A stretch of DNA of 63,260 nucleotides, counting the filler, from Nematocida ausubeli (taxonomy: Eukaryota), in assembly GCF_000738915.1 (NCBI RefSeq). It is 6 parts of 5 records of this genome, joined end to end, with 100 filler letters (N's around TTAATTAATTAA, not from the genome) between each part and the next. Parts side by side here need not be neighbours in the genome. Positions count along the whole stretch, not along the records: positions 7,708 to 31,456 come from NW_026515636.1; 5 more parts are not named here. One strand, given 5' to 3'. Of the stretch, positions 11,751 to 23,628 are shown piece after piece. Within the stretch, counting starts at the first letter, position 1; each line of letters begins with the position of its first letter. A program made the translations under genes and the position numbers. The notes under the pieces are model-generated. The model made no database searches, had not been told where the DNA came from, and saw only the letters and a program-made list of their open reading frames with translations.

Positions 11751-12774
11751 ATGTCTACTGTGAATCCGCACAGATATTAAATAAAGGTGCCTTATACTAT
11801 GTGGTGGGCATATTATATGGGATTTTGTTATTGTTGGTTTCTCTGCAGCTTGTGCTGTGCAGACTATTTAGGGTGTGCAGAGTTAAACAGGGCATCTTGT
11901 GGAGTGCTGTGCTTTGTGTCTATACTTGAGATGCTCTGGAGATTGCAGGCATTCTCTAGTGGAGGGGTGGCATTCTTGGTGTGCGCCTTCTTTCAGAAAA
12001 GCACATACAGCCAAAGGCTAGCAGCACAGTGCATAATTGCAGCAGAATATTAAAAAATACATGCGGAGAAGAATAGCATAGAAACCCCTTGGAAATACAA
12101 GTAAAACCTGAATTTAAGAGATTAACAGACACTCAGATGATGTGCAGCTTCACTAAAGCTTGCGGGGATGGACCAGGTCATGACAACACTTCTTGATCAA
12201 CGATAGCTTCTATAGAGTGCAAACACATATACATATACGGAGACATCTAGCATATTTAGATGTACGGGAAGAAGAACTGCTAGAGAGAAAATCTGTGTGG
12301 AGGTGGGCTACTCGCACAGAGGCCACCATGCAAACACACAGTAAGACTGCGCAGATAGCTGGTCTAGCACAGTATATATCCCAGGCATTATCTACTGCAC
12401 CAAATAAATGTAGTTTACTATAAATGCATGCACACTCATATACAATACATTCTTTACTACAGGCAAACACCCAAGTATCCTAAATAACCCAAGGGGGCAG
12501 TAAGTGTGCGAAATATCCCCATCTCTAAAGAGACTCCTCCATATGCTCTCTTCACAAACACACTCTCCATTTGCACACTCTATATCCGCATATGACCCGA
12601 ATTTCTTTCTGTTATGCCTGCCTCTTTAATTGTTCTGTATTTTTACTTTGTCTCTGCGTGCTTTGTGCATACATGGACAAATTGCTTTTTCTATGGCCGG
12701 ATTAGGAAAATTGCTTATGCAATGGCCCGAATCGAGAAAGCATGTATATATAGCCTGCAACCCACGCTGCGCTG

Positions 12775-14421
12775 ATGAGAAGTCTGCTGAAGGAAGAGCT
12801 GGAGAAAATGGTGACCCTGAAGCTCTACGAGTACACAAACTCGCAGAACGGAAGCCCTGTGCAGCAGAGAATATTTGAAATACTTGACAGCGCAAGCAAT
12901 ACGACTGAGTCGGTGTCCACGGCACTTGCGCAGTGCATGGTCTACTTCATAAGGTCTCTAAACAGGAAAAAAGTATTCAGGCTGAATCTTACGCAGGAGG
13001 AGAAGGCCTCCACTGTGTGGGCCCTGCAGCACGCCTTCCCCATAAACAGAGAGCGCAGAGAGTTCAGCATGCTGCTGCACCTGGCAAAGATGTACAGAAA
13101 TGGGCAGGTGAACGACAGCACAGGCACGAGCATAAAGGACCTGCTGGAAAACGAGCTTGCAGACATTGTGCAGAGCGAGATTGTCTTCTGGGCAGACATG
13201 CACCGCTTTGCGCAGCGCCTTTCCGCTGGAGCGCGCGCTGCAGACAAGCAGAGCGTTACACACACGGCGCTTCTTGAGACAGCGCTCGATGCAGTAAAGG
13301 TGTACGAGTACAAGCTCGAGCAGATCCAGAAGATTGTTCCCCTGCTGGAGCCGCGCTGCCGGAAGATCTCGTACCGGCACATAGTTGAGGACTCCGCGCA
13401 GACGCTCTGCAAGAAGATCGAAAGAAGCCACACCTCCCTCAGCAAAATGATAGACCACTCGCTCCGCGAAGTGATGAACAGCCTGCAGGATCCAGAGTGG
13501 GACCCGTACAACTGCAAGCACGTGAAGTTTCTGAAAGCGATTCTTGAGAGATGGGACGGGCCCGGGCAAACGTGCTACAACAGAGGCGCTGCGTACTACA
13601 GCGAAATCCTGAATGCCTTTGCAGACGAGAACATCGATCTGCTCGACGAGAAGCTGGCAGACTATAATAGCTACGTCCGAAGCCTGCAGTATGTAAATAT
13701 GCCGCTCTCCAAGTGCGTGTCAAAGAAGACAACCCGCATGGACGGAGATCCCCACGGGCGGGGCCTCTTTCTCCAGGCGGAAGAGCAAAGCCCTGCACTT
13801 CCCATGGATATTCTTGTGCGCGAGGCCAAGACAGTAGAGGAGGCGCCGCGTCTCTCCAAAACACAGATTGCGTTCAACTTCATTGCATCTGCGCTGCTTG
13901 GGCTGTCCAGTGTGTTTTTTATGTTTGTTTCGTCTGCGCTTGCCATGGACATCTCTGATGACACTGCTGTGAATCTCTACGGGTTCTCCAAGTGGAGCTG
14001 GCAGGACATCCTGGCCTTCCTTGGCTGGCGCGCGCTGTGCCTCTCCGCGTACGGGATGTGTCTGTATGTGGCGCACAAGCAGATTGAGCGCTGGTTCGTG
14101 CTTCTGCGCAAGCAAAACTGGCAGCTGGCAAAGACCCTCATGCTGGCCAGCGTGATTGTTGCATCAACCGTTGCGGGGTACCTGGTTGCGTTTTACACGC
14201 CAGAGAGCATCACCAGCCCGCCTGCCATGGCTACCATGTACACGATAGGCGCGGTGTTTAAGATATCAAACCTGGTTGACATGGTTGTGCGGAGGAGCTC
14301 GCACAGCACGCACGCAGTCTTTGCGAGCACGTGGCCTGCCTCTGTGACTGCCATACTGATTTTCCTTGTTATGTTCTTTGTTCCGTATATACAGAGCATC
14401 CCTAGCACATCTGTGGTGTAG
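12775..14421 (+). CDS. Protein with helical N-terminal domain and about 5 C-terminal TM helices
   Basis: 548-aa ORF with GC-rich codons; hydrophobic segments from FNFIASALLGLSSVFFMF onward. Confidence 0.85.
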   Translation: MRSLLKEELEKMVTLKLYEYTNSQNGSPVQQRIFEILDSASNTTESVSTALAQCMVYFIRSLNRKKVFRLNLTQEEKASTVWALQHAFPINRERREFSMLLHLAKMYRNGQVNDSTGTSIKDLLENELADIVQSEIVFWADMHRFAQRLSAGARAADKQSVTHTALLETALDAVKVYEYKLEQIQKIVPLLEPRCRKISYRHIVEDSAQTLCKKIERSHTSLSKMIDHSLREVMNSLQDPEWDPYNCKHVKFLKAILERWDGPGQTCYNRGAAYYSEILNAFADENIDLLDEKLADYNSYVRSLQYVNMPLSKCVSKKTTRMDGDPHGRGLFLQAEEQSPALPMDILVREAKTVEEAPRLSKTQIAFNFIASALLGLSSVFFMFVSSALAMDISDDTAVNLYGFSKWSWQDILAFLGWRALCLSAYGMCLYVAHKQIERWFVLLRKQNWQLAKTLMLASVIVASTVAGYLVAFYTPESITSPPAMATMYTIGAVFKISNLVDMVVRRSSHSTHAVFASTWPASVTAILIFLVMFFVPYIQSIPSTSVV

Positions 14422-15001
14422 TTCCCGAAAGCCCAGAGGGCAGGGAAGTGCACATTCAGGTGCACATAGCCACAGACAGAGCCAGAAACAGCGCGCACTC
14501 TGGAGAGTAAGACTGCACAGCAGCTTGCATGAAAGGGATGCAGCCAGACAACTTAGGCCTATACTACTCGTAGGGCAGTCTGTGGCTGTTTTGTGCGATT
14601 CGAGAGTGCGCGTGCCGCAGAAGTGAATGTGTATTATATATATTCAGGGCTCTAATAAATAGCAATACTTCATATGGACTTTTTAAAAAATAAGAGCTGT
14701 TTCTGCTCTGTGAGGAACTATACTAAGTCTGTGTTTATTTCTCAGTACAGCAGGCACCTTCTCCCATAATAAGTGTAGACAGGTCTCTGTATGTGCACAG
14801 TCACTGCTTTCTCATCTCTTCCGCAGATTGCACACATATAATCTGGCTTTGCACTCAGCGCATTTACAGCGCGTATAAAGCAATGCATCTTCTCTGCACG
14901 GGAAGATTGCAGCCTCTTGCCCTTTGTTGAGTATATACATAGGGCGTGCAGTACTTAGGCGCTCTCTGCTGGCCTGGTGCGTCTGCAGGGAGGCTGCGCA
15001 G

Positions 15002-16576
15002 CTAGAAGATGTGTCGAGTGATCACGTACCCTGTGCACTGCGTGTAGTGCTTGTACTTGGTCAGCGCCTGCACCGAAAGAAGGAAGAGGCACAGCATGAT
15101 GCCCGCCTGGAAAACAGTCTTTCCTTCCATCAGGTCAGGCACTGCGTTTGTCCTGCTTCGCGAAAAGGCGTACACCCCCCTCTGCAGCGAGCGCGCTCTG
15201 CTCTGCCAGGACAGAACTGTGCTGAACACCACATACCGCACGCTCACGCACATGCACTCGCCCTCCTCCAAAGTGCGGTACGCCACAACACGTCTGTCTT
15301 CTTCCACCGGCATGTGCTCTGCGTTTGTAAACTGCACAGGGCCGTCCTTTTGCTTCCGCCCGCGCCTCATGCTTGTGAACGGGCTGGGCGCTGTCTTGTC
15401 TCCCTCAATAGACGTGGCCAGCATTCCCAGATACTCCCGGAACAGAGGGTCCTCCCCGCTCTTCTTTTCAAACGCCCGCAGATACCACCGCTTCGCCACT
15501 GCGTAGTACCTCCCGCGCGCGCCCTCCATCACCGCTCTCTCTTTCCCCAGCACGCCCTTCCTGTACGCGTCCAATGCGCTCCGCAGCGCGGGATAGCTCT
15601 CCTGCGTGGTCGTCCTGAATGTCTGCCAGAGCTTTTCGTCAAAGACGTCCTGGTACAGCCACACTATGTCTGTCAGCATGGGCGTGCTGCTCCACTTCCC
15701 CACAATCCACTTCAGCTGGAACGCGCTGCGCGCCTGCAGAAAGGTCAATCCTGTCCCTGGCTGTGCGCGCAGTGTCTCGCAGCACTGTCTTCGGAGGTCC
15801 AGAAGAAACTCGTTTGCGCAGGAGAAGTCCCCGGTTAGGCGCCTCAGCTCAATTGCAGGGATTTCTGGCGCCTCTATCTCCCGGCCCTCCCGCACAAACA
15901 CGCCCTGCACCTCCTCCAGCAGGCGGCCCCAGTACCTCTTCTCTCGCACGAGCATCCGGCACAGCCGCAGAGCGCACAGTTGGTGCAGGATATCCGTGTA
16001 CACGCAGGACGCGCTCTCCCGCCTGCTTCGGATCGTGATGTACACGTTTGTCCATCGCGTGAGCTTCCTCTCTATTATCCGGTAGAAGAGCGCCTTCAGA
16101 TGCGCATGGCTCTTTTTCTCCTTGAGAGACGCGAGCATCTCGTGGCTGTCGTGGATGCTGAACAGGATACACATTAGCGCGTTGTTGATCGCGTACTTCT
16201 GCGCCAGATAGCAGTCGTAGTCGTGCAGCTGCGGCGCAAACAGGCTTTCGTGCAGCCAGTAGTGGTTTGCCAGGTAGAAGGCTGCTTCCTGTACGGACCC
16301 CTGGGTGGGCACACTGCACAGCAGCAGCGTGCTGCTTCGATCAATCACGCGCTTCTCTTCTGCATTCATCTCTGCTGGGTGCTTGAAGCGGGAGACCGTT
16401 GTCTGCAGCTCTTCTGAGTATTCTGTGCTCTGCATAGCGCGCCAAATTTTTTGTCTTTTCATACGAGAGCTCTCCCACAGCTCTGCACTGCGCACAGAAC
16501 ACACGCACTTTCTAAGAAGCACCTGCCCCGCCGCACTGTATGCCATGTACACGTGCCCAGATAAATTGCACTGCAT
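15002..16576 (-). CDS. Hypothetical protein with C-terminal hydrophobic segments; start uncertain (ATG 16576 or 16462)
   Basis: ORF of about 525 codons with GC-rich codons, convergent with 12775-14421. Confidence 0.7.
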   Translation of the reverse strand: MQCNLSGHVYMAYSAAGQVLLRKCVCSVRSAELWESSRMKRQKIWRAMQSTEYSEELQTTVSRFKHPAEMNAEEKRVIDRSSTLLLCSVPTQGSVQEAAFYLANHYWLHESLFAPQLHDYDCYLAQKYAINNALMCILFSIHDSHEMLASLKEKKSHAHLKALFYRIIERKLTRWTNVYITIRSRRESASCVYTDILHQLCALRLCRMLVREKRYWGRLLEEVQGVFVREGREIEAPEIPAIELRRLTGDFSCANEFLLDLRRQCCETLRAQPGTGLTFLQARSAFQLKWIVGKWSSTPMLTDIVWLYQDVFDEKLWQTFRTTTQESYPALRSALDAYRKGVLGKERAVMEGARGRYYAVAKRWYLRAFEKKSGEDPLFREYLGMLATSIEGDKTAPSPFTSMRRGRKQKDGPVQFTNAEHMPVEEDRRVVAYRTLEEGECMCVSVRYVVFSTVLSWQSRARSLQRGVYAFSRSRTNAVPDLMEGKTVFQAGIMLCLFLLSVQALTKYKHYTQCTGYVITRHIF

Positions 16577-16930
16577 GCCACACCGCGCAGCCACACATAC
16601 CGCCCACAGACAGTGTGGTGCTCACTGCAGTTCTTTTGTTTTAACCTACTGTGCTATAGTACAAAACACAAGACTAAAAATATTCAAGAAAAGCTGCACA
16701 CTCTGCAACACATCTGCTACTTTCTGCAACTAATACTGCATGTGTATATTCCCTCACTTCTCACGGCTTCTTCTTTTTACTGCTCTCTATCTGCGGGTGG
16801 CTGCTTTTTGCTGCACCTCTTGCAGGCTGCACTTATTAATTGCTCCCTTTGATCAGTGTGATTACCACCGCAAGATTTGTTTAATATCGCACTCTAGAAA
16901 TATGCTATCTCTGCGCTTTTTTTTGATAGC

Positions 16931-19228
16931 ATGCGCGAAGTTAGAGATGCACAGAAAGTTTACATATATACAGGCCTGAGCGTCATGTGCGTGTTTTTTG
17001 TCTCAGCTCTTATTTGGACGGGCACACAGGTATATGGAAGCATATACCCAACAGAGGCAAACTATCTTATTGGGGAAAAAGCATGTGTAGACACAGTAAA
17101 AAAGATAGAAGATATTTCTGAAAGTAAAGAAGATAGCAAGAGCAGCTACGAAATGCAAAGCAGCACAGCAAAGCAAGGAGAGAAAAAGACTACAGAGCAT
17201 GAACTAGAAAGGAATGAGGAGGAACCAAAGTCTGAAGAGAAGACTGTCTGTGCGCCAGAAGAGAATCATACAAATGGCTTTGCTGCTGAGTCTGAAGAGA
17301 AGATTGAAATGGAAGCAGAGTGTGTGCAAGAGAAGCCGCAGATTAATACAGATATAATCCCAATGCAATGGGAAAGTAATGTATATAAGGGCCCTTTCGA
17401 TAAAAAGGCCAATATGAAAATTAAGGTTGATAAGATGCTTAAAACTTTCAAATGCTCTTCATTAACTATTTTTCTGGACTCCATCTGCAAGCTTGGAACA
17501 AAAATCCAAGAGAAAAAAGAAATTATTGACTATTGCTCGAGCCCGTCTTTTGAAAGCCCAAATATCCAGAATATTAACGAATTCAAACAAAACATGGAGC
17601 TTCTCAGACAGTATATAGAAAAGAAAATGACTCTAGACAAAAAAGGCTTCTCCAGCTTTGATGCGCTGCAAAGACAGGTCTGCCAGATAGAAATGGCCCA
17701 GCAGGCGAATAAAAGGCACTCGGCTAGTGATATATATATGTGGCTAGGCCGAAAAAGAGATATGCATGCAGCTACCGCTGTGCTTTCCATGTTTATATGC
17801 ATACCTGCGGTGTATGCAGACATGCGTGAAGTCTCTGTAGAAGAAATTGAGCAGGCATATCTGCCAGAGAAGCACACCCTTTCCCAAACCACCCTCAATG
17901 GGCACTGTAATGTGCTGAAGGGCGTGTGCTGCATAGTGCGCATGTGTGAGAAAAAGAATGCTAGGTGTCAGACCACGAATAACCTGAATGTCAAGCTTAA
18001 TGCAAAGTACGAAGAGATTAAAGGTGTGCTTGAAAAGATGGGCTGCATGTCCCCGCAGGACATATATCTTGCTGTCCACACAAGCTTCTCTATCTTCTAT
18101 GAGCATGCCCTGAAATCCAGCACCCGGCTAGCTGGGGAGGGCCTCTTCCGAAGCACACCCAGCCACTGCATCCAACTAGTGCACAAGAAGTCGAATGCTG
18201 CAGACAGGACAAGTATTATCTTCTCCACTGACTATGTCGCGGACGGGCATGCTGCAGAGCTTTCTGTCAGAAAGGCAAGTATGCACGCTGCGCCTGGCAG
18301 CAAAGCGAATATGGACCGCCATGCGCATGTGTACTATGTTGATAACACGATGCAAACACGCACGCGGGTATGTCTGCCGCTGTGCAAAGGAGAGGTCTTC
18401 GCCAAAGCATACAAAATATGCGATGCCATAAAGTGCCTTAGCATCATCTTTAGCAAAGACACAGAGAGCATATACGTTCTTTCCCAGAGCAAGAAAAAGA
18501 AAGGCGAGTCTAAGTGGGCTATATTAAATACAGAAGAGTGCAACAAAGTCCTGGCCACCGCAATAGAAACACACAATGTTGTGTTCTACCACATAGAGAA
18601 CAGAACTCCTGGGAATAGAGAGGACTCGGACTACACGGCAGTACAGCTGGCCAGTACGCGCGGAAAAGGTGCTGCAGGCCGGAATAGTAAAAACTGCGTG
18701 TCCGTGCCGCTGTTTGTAACTAACCTTGTGCGCTTTGCAATGAACATGCTGTATAGTACATGCCCCACATTTAGGAACGGTTACAATATAAAGCCAATGC
18801 CGCTCACTCCTGGCACATTCACTCTGAATAGAATAAACATGCCGGAAAATAAGCATCCCTACTACAGTCCTCTGTACCTGGGAGAGCATGCGGTCGATCT
18901 TGCAGCCCCTTATACGGACTGCCAGAGTCTGTGTGCTGTGTATGAAGATGGCGGAAATACAATTTCTTGGTACGCCCCCATCCGCACCGGACACCTCAAC
19001 TATATTTGCGCGCACGACAGTGCGTCTATACAGAGGGAGGAGTACAACTACCAGAACAGCACATATCTTGTGAAAGCAAATGCCAGTGACCTATTCCGAC
19101 TGGTTTTCTCCCCGCCGTATGTTGATTCAGAAAAAATCCTTGTTGTGCAGAATATCAGCAACAATGCCAGCTGCATGGGGATAGAGCAGCGCATCACAGC
19201 AGCCATCATGGGCAACCCCACATTGTAA
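16931..19228 (+). CDS. N-terminally anchored 765-aa protein with E/K-rich stalk
   Basis: TM VYIYTGLSVMCVFFVSALIW, acidic low-complexity stalk, then a large globular region. Confidence 0.88.
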   Translation: MREVRDAQKVYIYTGLSVMCVFFVSALIWTGTQVYGSIYPTEANYLIGEKACVDTVKKIEDISESKEDSKSSYEMQSSTAKQGEKKTTEHELERNEEEPKSEEKTVCAPEENHTNGFAAESEEKIEMEAECVQEKPQINTDIIPMQWESNVYKGPFDKKANMKIKVDKMLKTFKCSSLTIFLDSICKLGTKIQEKKEIIDYCSSPSFESPNIQNINEFKQNMELLRQYIEKKMTLDKKGFSSFDALQRQVCQIEMAQQANKRHSASDIYMWLGRKRDMHAATAVLSMFICIPAVYADMREVSVEEIEQAYLPEKHTLSQTTLNGHCNVLKGVCCIVRMCEKKNARCQTTNNLNVKLNAKYEEIKGVLEKMGCMSPQDIYLAVHTSFSIFYEHALKSSTRLAGEGLFRSTPSHCIQLVHKKSNAADRTSIIFSTDYVADGHAAELSVRKASMHAAPGSKANMDRHAHVYYVDNTMQTRTRVCLPLCKGEVFAKAYKICDAIKCLSIIFSKDTESIYVLSQSKKKKGESKWAILNTEECNKVLATAIETHNVVFYHIENRTPGNREDSDYTAVQLASTRGKGAAGRNSKNCVSVPLFVTNLVRFAMNMLYSTCPTFRNGYNIKPMPLTPGTFTLNRINMPENKHPYYSPLYLGEHAVDLAAPYTDCQSLCAVYEDGGNTISWYAPIRTGHLNYICAHDSASIQREEYNYQNSTYLVKANASDLFRLVFSPPYVDSEKILVVQNISNNASCMGIEQRITAAIMGNPTL

Positions 19229-20284
19229 AAGATGCACAGCGGTCTAAAGAACGCAGGCCTATGGGCGGCACGTCTTCTTGGGTGGGCTTCCACAGTTCAG
19301 TGTGCACAGATGTATTCTATAAAACTGCGAAGTGGCTCATTCAATAAATATGAAAACATACTGTCTTAAAATTGCAACCTTTTCTTCTGCTTCAAAGGAT
19401 AGTACAGAGACTTAAAATAAAGAATGCACAGCAGGAGGCCCAAAATGCAAAAATAAAAACTTTGTATTGAAAAGACACTGGCATACCAGCACATAGAATA
19501 GTAGTGGGGCAGCTGGCATGCGGTGCATAGACAGATAAGCGTGCTTTCTACCCAAGGCAAGCATCTCTGCAGGAGCATTAAAATACACACTGGGCTCTTT
19601 GTCCCAGCGCAATAGACTTAAATGAGCTTGGCCTTCCTGCACTAATTACTTAAAGTATGTCTATTCCTAATAAAATAGCTCTATATGGACCCTCTGCATG
19701 TTTATATAGCGCGTTGGTATAAAAGGCTTCTTTAGAAGATCGCACTCTCTGCACTGCATTTGTTTGTGACAGAGCCTTTTAGTGCTTTCTTTTCCAAGAT
19801 AAGGGACCTAAGAGCAGAAGTTTGTTTTAAATACTTCTATATAGAGCTTTTAGAAAATGTTCTAAAATAAGCGCTATGTGCACAAGGCTGCATACCCTGT
19901 GAAATTGCATAATGTAGCTTATATGCGCACTAAAATCCCAGCAATAACTAAAACAGTTAATAGAGTAAAATTGAAAAGCGCTTTTATTACCCTGCACAGC
20001 AGATAGCTTGAATGCATCTGGCATCTGCTTCTTTGGGGTCCCTTGGGGTAGCAGACTGTGCAGTAGGGAGCTTTTCAGCTAGAGCGGCACAGAGTGCATT
20101 GGCACTGTGCACTACTTGGGTATTTGAGTGCGCGCAGCATCTACAGCCACCTTTCAATGTCATTCGGGTTATTTTAGTAAGAAGGGATATTGCACTTTTT
20201 AGTATAGCCTTAATAGCCAAGAGAGTTAAAAACTCTGCTAGTTTTAATAATTTTATTGAAAAATTTTGAACTAAGATAATAAAA

Positions 20285-22411
20285 ATGAAGATAGAGAGAA
20301 GAGAAGAACATGAAAGAAAAGCAAGATGCCAAAGAACACTCTGCCCATCGCAGAGAGCCCTGGCTGCAGGAGCCTGCCGTGCAAAAACATGCTTGCTCAT
20401 TCAGCTGGCCTTTCTCTGCTGTGTGTCAGCGAGGCTGCTCTTTAAGGAAATACAAGATATATGCAATAATAAAATGAAGCTCCCAATCAATGGGAAGAAC
20501 CACATGATCAACCCATTAGGGCCTTTGAACCCCGCGCTTGGATACATGGTTCAGAAAATGAATATACTCCCCGAGATCAGAGCTCTGCTAAATAGCACGG
20601 AGAGTGGGACTCTAGGCAGTATGCAGAGTGTGCCTTTTCAAAACACAGCTTTGCAGAACCCTGAAATGGACTGCTCTATGGATTGTACTAGCACAGACGA
20701 GACAGATGCAGAAAAGAGCCCTGAGGAAATATACAGGAAAAAGTACACAGATACTTTTAATATGATGTTCCCCTCCATAAAAGAGGGCACGCTCATTGTG
20801 CCAGATGGTGATAACCCCTTCAACGATGCAATTATCATCACTCACAATAACAGGCCGGATGATAGTATAGATCTTATAATTCTTGCAGCGCTCCTTCTAA
20901 TATCAGAAGGATACAATATACCGCTCGAATTTGTTCACCATAAAGATTCAAATCATGTCTTGCTAACTCTGTTCTATCCAAGCTCCATAAACGATCAGAA
21001 TAATGCCGGAAAGATACTAGTTGGTTCGCTCACCACTCTTACAGAAAACGAAAAAGTCATTGTGCGCCTCTGCTCAGACCCCGTGAGCGAGATGGAGAAA
21101 ATAGTCGATTTTTTCAAAACGTACAGGAAAAGCAACTCTGGCCAGCACAATAATAAAAACAGCATACTTTTCTCTGCAAACCAAAAAGAGTCGCAGAGCA
21201 TGGAAGCCGCGGACCATCAAGAGTTTTCTAGCGGGAATTATATGAACTCCCCAAGCTTCCTCATACAGACGTACATATACGAGTACATCGAGAGCAAAGA
21301 TATGATGAAAGAGTTTTTGGAGAAGACAATTAGCATGGTATATCAGAATATATGGGACATATGGATTTTGTCGGGTAAAAAGCCCTCTCCAATCTACCGC
21401 CAAAAGCTAGAGCAGTGCTTTAAACAGATCGATCCCCATGAAACCAAAGATTTACAAACCTCGTTCTATATAAATGACGCTATAATGAGTGTGCTTAGAG
21501 ATGCAAATATCAATAGAGAACTTTCTTTTGCAGGAGAGAAAGACTGCAACGATGGCGACCTCACGCCAACCGAGAAAACTCTTCTTGGAATATGCTGCTG
21601 CTTTGCATTTGACCGCGAGAAGGAAATGTATACGCAGGAGCGCTTTACCGAAAATACCGCGATTTGTGTGCAAGAGTTCTTCGCACGATACAGATACGCA
21701 GTTGCAGTCCACACAGAGAGCATGTACTCAGACTGGAAAAAAATAATGAATGCCATAATAAGCGAAGAAACAATTCGCAAAAACCCAACTACAGGCAGGA
21801 TTGACAACGGCCTGATAAACATAATCAGCGCTGCAATATGGATTATTCACGGACCGCCAGAAGAAGATGGCCCGAAAAAACTACTAGAAGCGAAAAACGA
21901 CACGTTTAAAAAGAGGATTAAAGACATTAAAAAAGAAAATACCACAGCCCTATCCTCAGTCGTAAAAGAATATGTTGAATCCGTGATGAAGGACCTTTCA
22001 GTGAACATCAATGGAGAAGTGAGCACGGAAAAAATATATGTGCAAGCAACAAAAGACAGCGACGATCCGGTAGATGTTTTTGGAAATGTTTCCATATCCT
22101 TCAGGGAGAAGGATATTCATCCGCCGTATGTCTTTAATATGTTTGTATATCCTAGAGACGTCCCCCAAGAAAATAATTTGAGTACAAATAGAGAAGACTA
22201 CAACATTTTTTATGAAGCCCGGCATATGGCTGTACAAACAATATCCAAAGAAAGTAAAATAAGCCAGCTTAAAGACTACTTGGCGCAGCATACTCCGAAC
22301 GCCCCAATTATCTCTGCTATTCACTACATGCTACAGCTCGATTTGACCAGTCCCAATCCGTGTATCAAGCTGCTGGTTGAAAAGAGTATTCTTAATACCT
22401 CTAGAGAATAA
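20285..22411 (+). CDS. NemLGF1-like protein (short form)
   Basis: INPLGPLNPALGY, MMFPS, ILAALLLISEG, SPSFLIQTYIYEY, EKTLLGICCCFAFD. Confidence 0.9.
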   Translation: MKIERREEHERKARCQRTLCPSQRALAAGACRAKTCLLIQLAFLCCVSARLLFKEIQDICNNKMKLPINGKNHMINPLGPLNPALGYMVQKMNILPEIRALLNSTESGTLGSMQSVPFQNTALQNPEMDCSMDCTSTDETDAEKSPEEIYRKKYTDTFNMMFPSIKEGTLIVPDGDNPFNDAIIITHNNRPDDSIDLIILAALLLISEGYNIPLEFVHHKDSNHVLLTLFYPSSINDQNNAGKILVGSLTTLTENEKVIVRLCSDPVSEMEKIVDFFKTYRKSNSGQHNNKNSILFSANQKESQSMEAADHQEFSSGNYMNSPSFLIQTYIYEYIESKDMMKEFLEKTISMVYQNIWDIWILSGKKPSPIYRQKLEQCFKQIDPHETKDLQTSFYINDAIMSVLRDANINRELSFAGEKDCNDGDLTPTEKTLLGICCCFAFDREKEMYTQERFTENTAICVQEFFARYRYAVAVHTESMYSDWKKIMNAIISEETIRKNPTTGRIDNGLINIISAAIWIIHGPPEEDGPKKLLEAKNDTFKKRIKDIKKENTTALSSVVKEYVESVMKDLSVNINGEVSTEKIYVQATKDSDDPVDVFGNVSISFREKDIHPPYVFNMFVYPRDVPQENNLSTNREDYNIFYEARHMAVQTISKESKISQLKDYLAQHTPNAPIISAIHYMLQLDLTSPNPCIKLLVEKSILNTSRE

Positions 22412-22789
22412 TCCAAGTAGAAGCACTTTCTGTAGAAAAATGCAAAAGTGTAGCAGAATAAAATCTTTCTCTATTATAAAAATAGCTGCCTTCTTATAAG
22501 TATTCTTGTGGGTATGCCCAAGCACTGCTGTAGTGTGCATAGCAGTCTGCGCCGTGCTCGCAAACTAGGCCTGCCAAGCATACAGTATAGTTTTTTCTTT
22601 ACACGCCTTTCTTTGCACTCATGGGCACAGCACTCCAGCGCGATACATATCTCGCTATGCTTCTTGCTTTATAGTGCACGTAATGAAAGCCTGCACTCTG
22701 TGCATATCCATTTGGTGTGCTTTCTATTTCAATAAAATGTCTCTGTGCATTTCTATGGTGCACAGCACAGGCTAGTATGATGAGTGTAA

Positions 22790-23112
22790 GAGAGTGTGTG
22801 TATAGCTGTTAATAAATGCTTGTTTCGTTCTTTATTTGTCTGTAGTGTGTTATTCTCTCTGTTTCCCTCTCATTCCTATCTTTGTATCTGACCAGTGGCA
22901 GTTCTCTAGGATGTGCAACTTTTCTTCTTTTCCCTGCCTTTTGTGTTTTATTTCTATTTTTATACCTATGTAAAATAAATTACTCTACTATATTGTACAT
23001 ACACTTTATTTTCCTAATATAAACCCGAATAAAAATACAATAAGGAATCAGAAAGAGAAAAAAAGGAAAAAGTAAGCAGAAGCACAAAAATGAAAGAATA
23101 GGCAGATAAATA
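22790..23112 (+). repeat. Fold-back element copy 3 (outer 3' arm shortened)
   Basis: Homologous to copies 1 and 2; TATTTGTCTGT pairs with GCAGATAAATA. Confidence 0.82.
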
Positions 23113-23584
23113 TTGGTAGATTATAGTAAATAAAGCACTGTACCACGTGAATAGTAGCAGAATAGGGAAAATACCCTGCACACCAAATACCTTTTATTCA
23201 TATCTTGAAAGCACTCCTAGATACCTCTTGTACTGTGGGTTTGCCCTGAATAGTATTTCTCTTTCACTCTTTGATAGAATATTTGGGTTATACTGCCTGG
23301 CTTGAGATAGCCCTCCCGAATAACCCGAATTGATATACTGCTGGTTTCTCTTCCTTGGGGGTGTAAGGCCTTCTTTCTGAGCCAGCAATATTTATGGATG
23401 TTTGTCTCTGCCTTCCAAGATTTTGCTGTATACTAATACAATATAAGATGCTTTGTTTTGTTATGCTAAATTTAAATTAAATTTTTCTGATTTAACAATT
23501 CTTCATGTAATTTGTTATGTTTTTATTTATAATCATATTAATTTTAATTATAAGCACAAAATACTGATAAATTGCCAATTTTAT

Positions 23585-23597
23585 GGTCTATAAATAG
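23585..23597 (+). promoter_or_regulatory. TATA-like box GG[TC]CTATAAATAG; also 54679-54691(-), 56050-56062(+), 4642-4654(-), and a shorter match at 48527-48538(-)
   Basis: Conserved motif 36-40 bp upstream of ATG-x-AAG-TCT starts of LGF genes. Confidence 0.7.
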
Positions 23598-23628
23598 ACA
23601 ACGAAAAGTAAGCCATAGAATGTTTAGT

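Noticed and set aside
12933..16417. Many overlapping alternative-frame ORFs
   Set aside because: Shadows of GC-rich, stop-poor coding sequence.
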